From the NCBI GenBank assembly GCA_951406725.2, contig OX597817.1, positions 82,522,001 to 82,586,000 of the forward strand: a stretch of 64,000 nt of DNA, written 5' to 3'. Under the pieces are notes generated by a model. It searched no databases and was not told the origin of the DNA. It worked only from the letters and a program-made list of their open reading frames with translations. This DNA is from Octopus vulgaris. Lineage: Eukaryota. Shown in pieces: positions 61,334 through 64,000 of the stretch; the first letter of the stretch is position 1, and every line of letters starts with the position of its first letter. A program made the translations under genes and the position numbers.

Positions 61334-62991
61334 TTAGAAATATTGTGATTTGGATTTCATGTGGTTTTCCTGATCTCGTTGATCACGGCAAGATGTCCAG
61401 CAGTAGTCAGCCAGCATACTGTAATTCCGGAAGCCTTCGTACTGTTTCTCCATAGCACTAATGTCCTGGGAAAATCTTGCACCATGTTCATCAGAGACTG
61501 CTACAAGGTTATCTGTGAAGAAATCCAGATGGGAGCCTAAGAAGTGAACTTTCAGTGACATGCGACAACCCATTGCTGAGTAACATGTTCAGAAGATTCT
61601 TGATGTCATCTTTGTAGTCCATTGCCTTCTTGTTGCCCAAGAAATTCTCACAGATCCAATTGAAAGCATTCCAGGTGAGCAGTTTCAGTTCATCCAGTGT
61701 TGTCTTGAAGTTGACATCTTTGAATACTTCTCTAATTTGGGGTCCAACAAAGATACCCTCTTTCAACTTCACCTGTGTGATTTTGGGAAACTTTTCTACA
61801 ATATACTCAAACCCTCTAGCATTTCTCGTCCCTAGTGTCTTTACAAACTGTTTCCTCAGTCCAAGTTTTATGTACAAAGGAGGAAATAGGACATTACATG
61901 GATCTACAAGAGGTGTATTCTTGATACTAGACAGTCCTGGCTGGTTTGATGTTCTTGTCTGCCAGTTTAATTCTGAATAATGTCTGTCAGTTGCCCAACT
62001 ATCTCATAGAGACAAGAAACAACAGCATTTTGTGAAACATGACTGCATTCCCACTAACATTCCAATGACTTTTAAATCTCCACATATTTTCCATGACTAT
62101 CTTTCATGGGGAATGGCATGAAGTAAAAGTTCCATATTCTCATATGATTCATAAAGATAAATGGAGTGTGCAATAGGAATGAAAGGCTTCAAATTACCAT
62201 CATGGAGAAGTACAGCTTTTAAACTTCGTTTTGAAGAGTCAATAAACAAGTGCCACTCTGCAGCATCATGAATTTGTGATAAACATACGAAAAGCCCATC
62301 GATGTTACTGCAAAAGCAAAGCAGGCCTTCAACAGACAAACACGTTTGTAGAATCACATTTCTCTGCCAAAAATAAGTTATACACACACTGTGCTCTAGC
62401 AGATACTTTTCCTTCAGTCTTGATGCCAACAGTTCTGCTTTATCTTTTGAGAGGGATAGGTCTCTGACAAGGTCATTCAGTTCAGCTTGGAAAAATTTCT
62501 GAGGTTCACAGCTATCATCATCAGCCACGTAATCTTCCTCAGCAGCACTATCGTGACAGTCAGCATCATCATCTTATGTTTCAATACCATCATCTGGTTG
62601 AAAATTGGCAGACTTCCATTGTGAGGCACAGGTGTCATTGCAGAATCCAAATTGGGATACACAATTTTGTGTTTTTTCTTTACAGAAAATACTGTGACAT
62701 TTACCTCACAAAAATAACAGTCATTAAAATGGTCTTTCGGCTCCCTCCATAGCACTGGAATGGCAAAAGGCATGGACATTTCTTATTGAAACAGTCATGT
62801 AAGCCATTTGAACAAGCTGAACAGATAAAATGTGGTGCTCATAGCTTGTCCTGATCTCCAAGAGGACACTCAAAGTATAGCTTATAAATCTTCTTAATCT
62901 CTGCTGTTATTGTACGTTTTTGAGCTTTCACAAAAAATTGTCCACAGACATAACAAAACACATCGGGATGATTTCTACACTGTCTTGACAT
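61334..62991 (-). pseudogene. Chapaev3-like transposase pseudogene
   Basis: MSRQCRNHPDVFCYVCG..APHFICSAC..WREPKDHFNDCYFC..LNDLVRDL..LFIDSSKRSLKAVLLH..PPLYIKLGL..KLKEGIFVGPQI..SLKVHFL.SHLDFF..SDEHG.RF.QDI..MLADYCW; stops and frameshifts. Confidence 0.85.
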
Positions 62992-64000
62992 TGTTGATAC
63001 ATTAAAACAAGTAAAGAAATAGATACAAAACGGTTATACTTATATTGAATTTGAGATGATGAAATATTTCATCAAACCATGAAAGAGGTATTTCAACAAC
63101 TCAAATTTGAATTGTTGAAATACCTATTTCATCAGACAAAACTTCATTGGTTAATTTAAGATGATGAAACATTGCATCAGAACTATGCAACAATAAATAA
63201 TGTAGTTTATTTTAAAGGTATGTTTCCATGATATAAATAAACTACATGCATACACATCATTAACTGGAATTTCTATATAATGCATGAGGTAGAACCAAAA
63301 AGCTTTCTCATCTTGAAAAGTGTACGTGATGTAAAAAAAATCCAATTGTATATTTGAAATCAGCATTAAAAACTACACGAAGTACACCTTGACATATGCT
63401 TTATAAAAAATAATTGTTAACCAGTATTATTATTACTGTTGTTGTTAATATTGGTTGTGGTGGTGGTGGTGGTAGTAGTAGTAGCAGCAAAAGACCAACT
63501 GCGGTGCTATGAAGACTGAATCTTTAGCATTTACATTCTTGACAATAATAGTTATTAACACCCCATAGACATTTTAGATGACTGCAATTAGGTAAATGCA
63601 GACATACTTTTCAAAGCAGAATATAAAGAAAAAAATTACATTTGAATGGTGCCAACTGTCTCAACCATAAAATGTAAATGTGTCTAAATTATATTCAATA
63701 TAATGAGGCAGTATATGTTGACAAACTCAGCGGTTAAGGTGACCTAACATTAGTTGAAATCCTAATTGTTCAATGTCTGTCACACAGTTTTTTTTTTTTT
63801 CAGAATTATTTAGCAACAAGACAAAATGCAGATAATGACTTCCATCTGAAGAAATGCTTTCATTACATACCTCCCCTCCCCTATCTCTTCTCATTCTGTA
63901 AATCTGTACATTGGTTTTTGCTATGTCACACGTTCGGATGACCTCTACTCCACTCTTCTCCTTGACTTCTAGACTTCTCCCTCTATATCTATGTATTGGG

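Larger units (their letters stand above)
60671..63426 (-). mobile_element. Chapaev3-type (CMC superfamily) DNA transposon
   Basis: Termini gactggtaacag / tgttaaccagta (degenerate CACTGG..AACA TIR) around a transposase pseudogene; interrupted at ~60716-61113. Confidence 0.7.

Noticed and set aside
63870-64000. Open minus-strand frame ending at a GTATGT donor as the penultimate exon
   Set aside because: Peptide does not resemble TSNAXIP1 and the donor is phase 0, whereas the terminal exon needs phase 2

Overview
AT-rich, microsatellite-dense, repeat-saturated animal genomic DNA. The SINE families, R4/Dong and RTE LINEs and (TA)n/(CATA)n/(TAA)n density fit a coleoid cephalopod, probably Octopus (inferred from memory, not searched). 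Only one host coding exon is supportable: a minus-strand terminal exon at 30316-30517 resembling the TSNAXIP1 C-terminus, with AATAAA at 30217-30222. If that call is right, everything to its right is probably one intron longer than 33 kb. The rest is a transposon graveyard: at least 4 SINE families, R4/Dong-clade LINE fragments beside (TAA)n or (CATA)n, RTE LINEs, two mariners, DD37D/maT relics, a Chapaev3-type transposon and several MITEs. Most listed ORFs are microsatellite or SINE artefacts. The most notable unannotated signals are: (1) eight loci with type-I hammerhead-ribozyme-like motifs in short non-coding Penelope-like/retrozyme-like elements, mostly next to (TA)n, four with a compensatory U3:A8 core and one with a tRNA-like B box; (2) an intron-containing pre-tRNA-Lys(UUU) with its Pol III trailer fused to a SINE tail; (3) a two-segment locally templated insertion and many fold-back duplications; (4) an apparent CpG-decay boundary near 23-25 kb. 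All structures and alignments were read by eye, so repeat boundaries are approximate unless a TSD or TIR fixes them.
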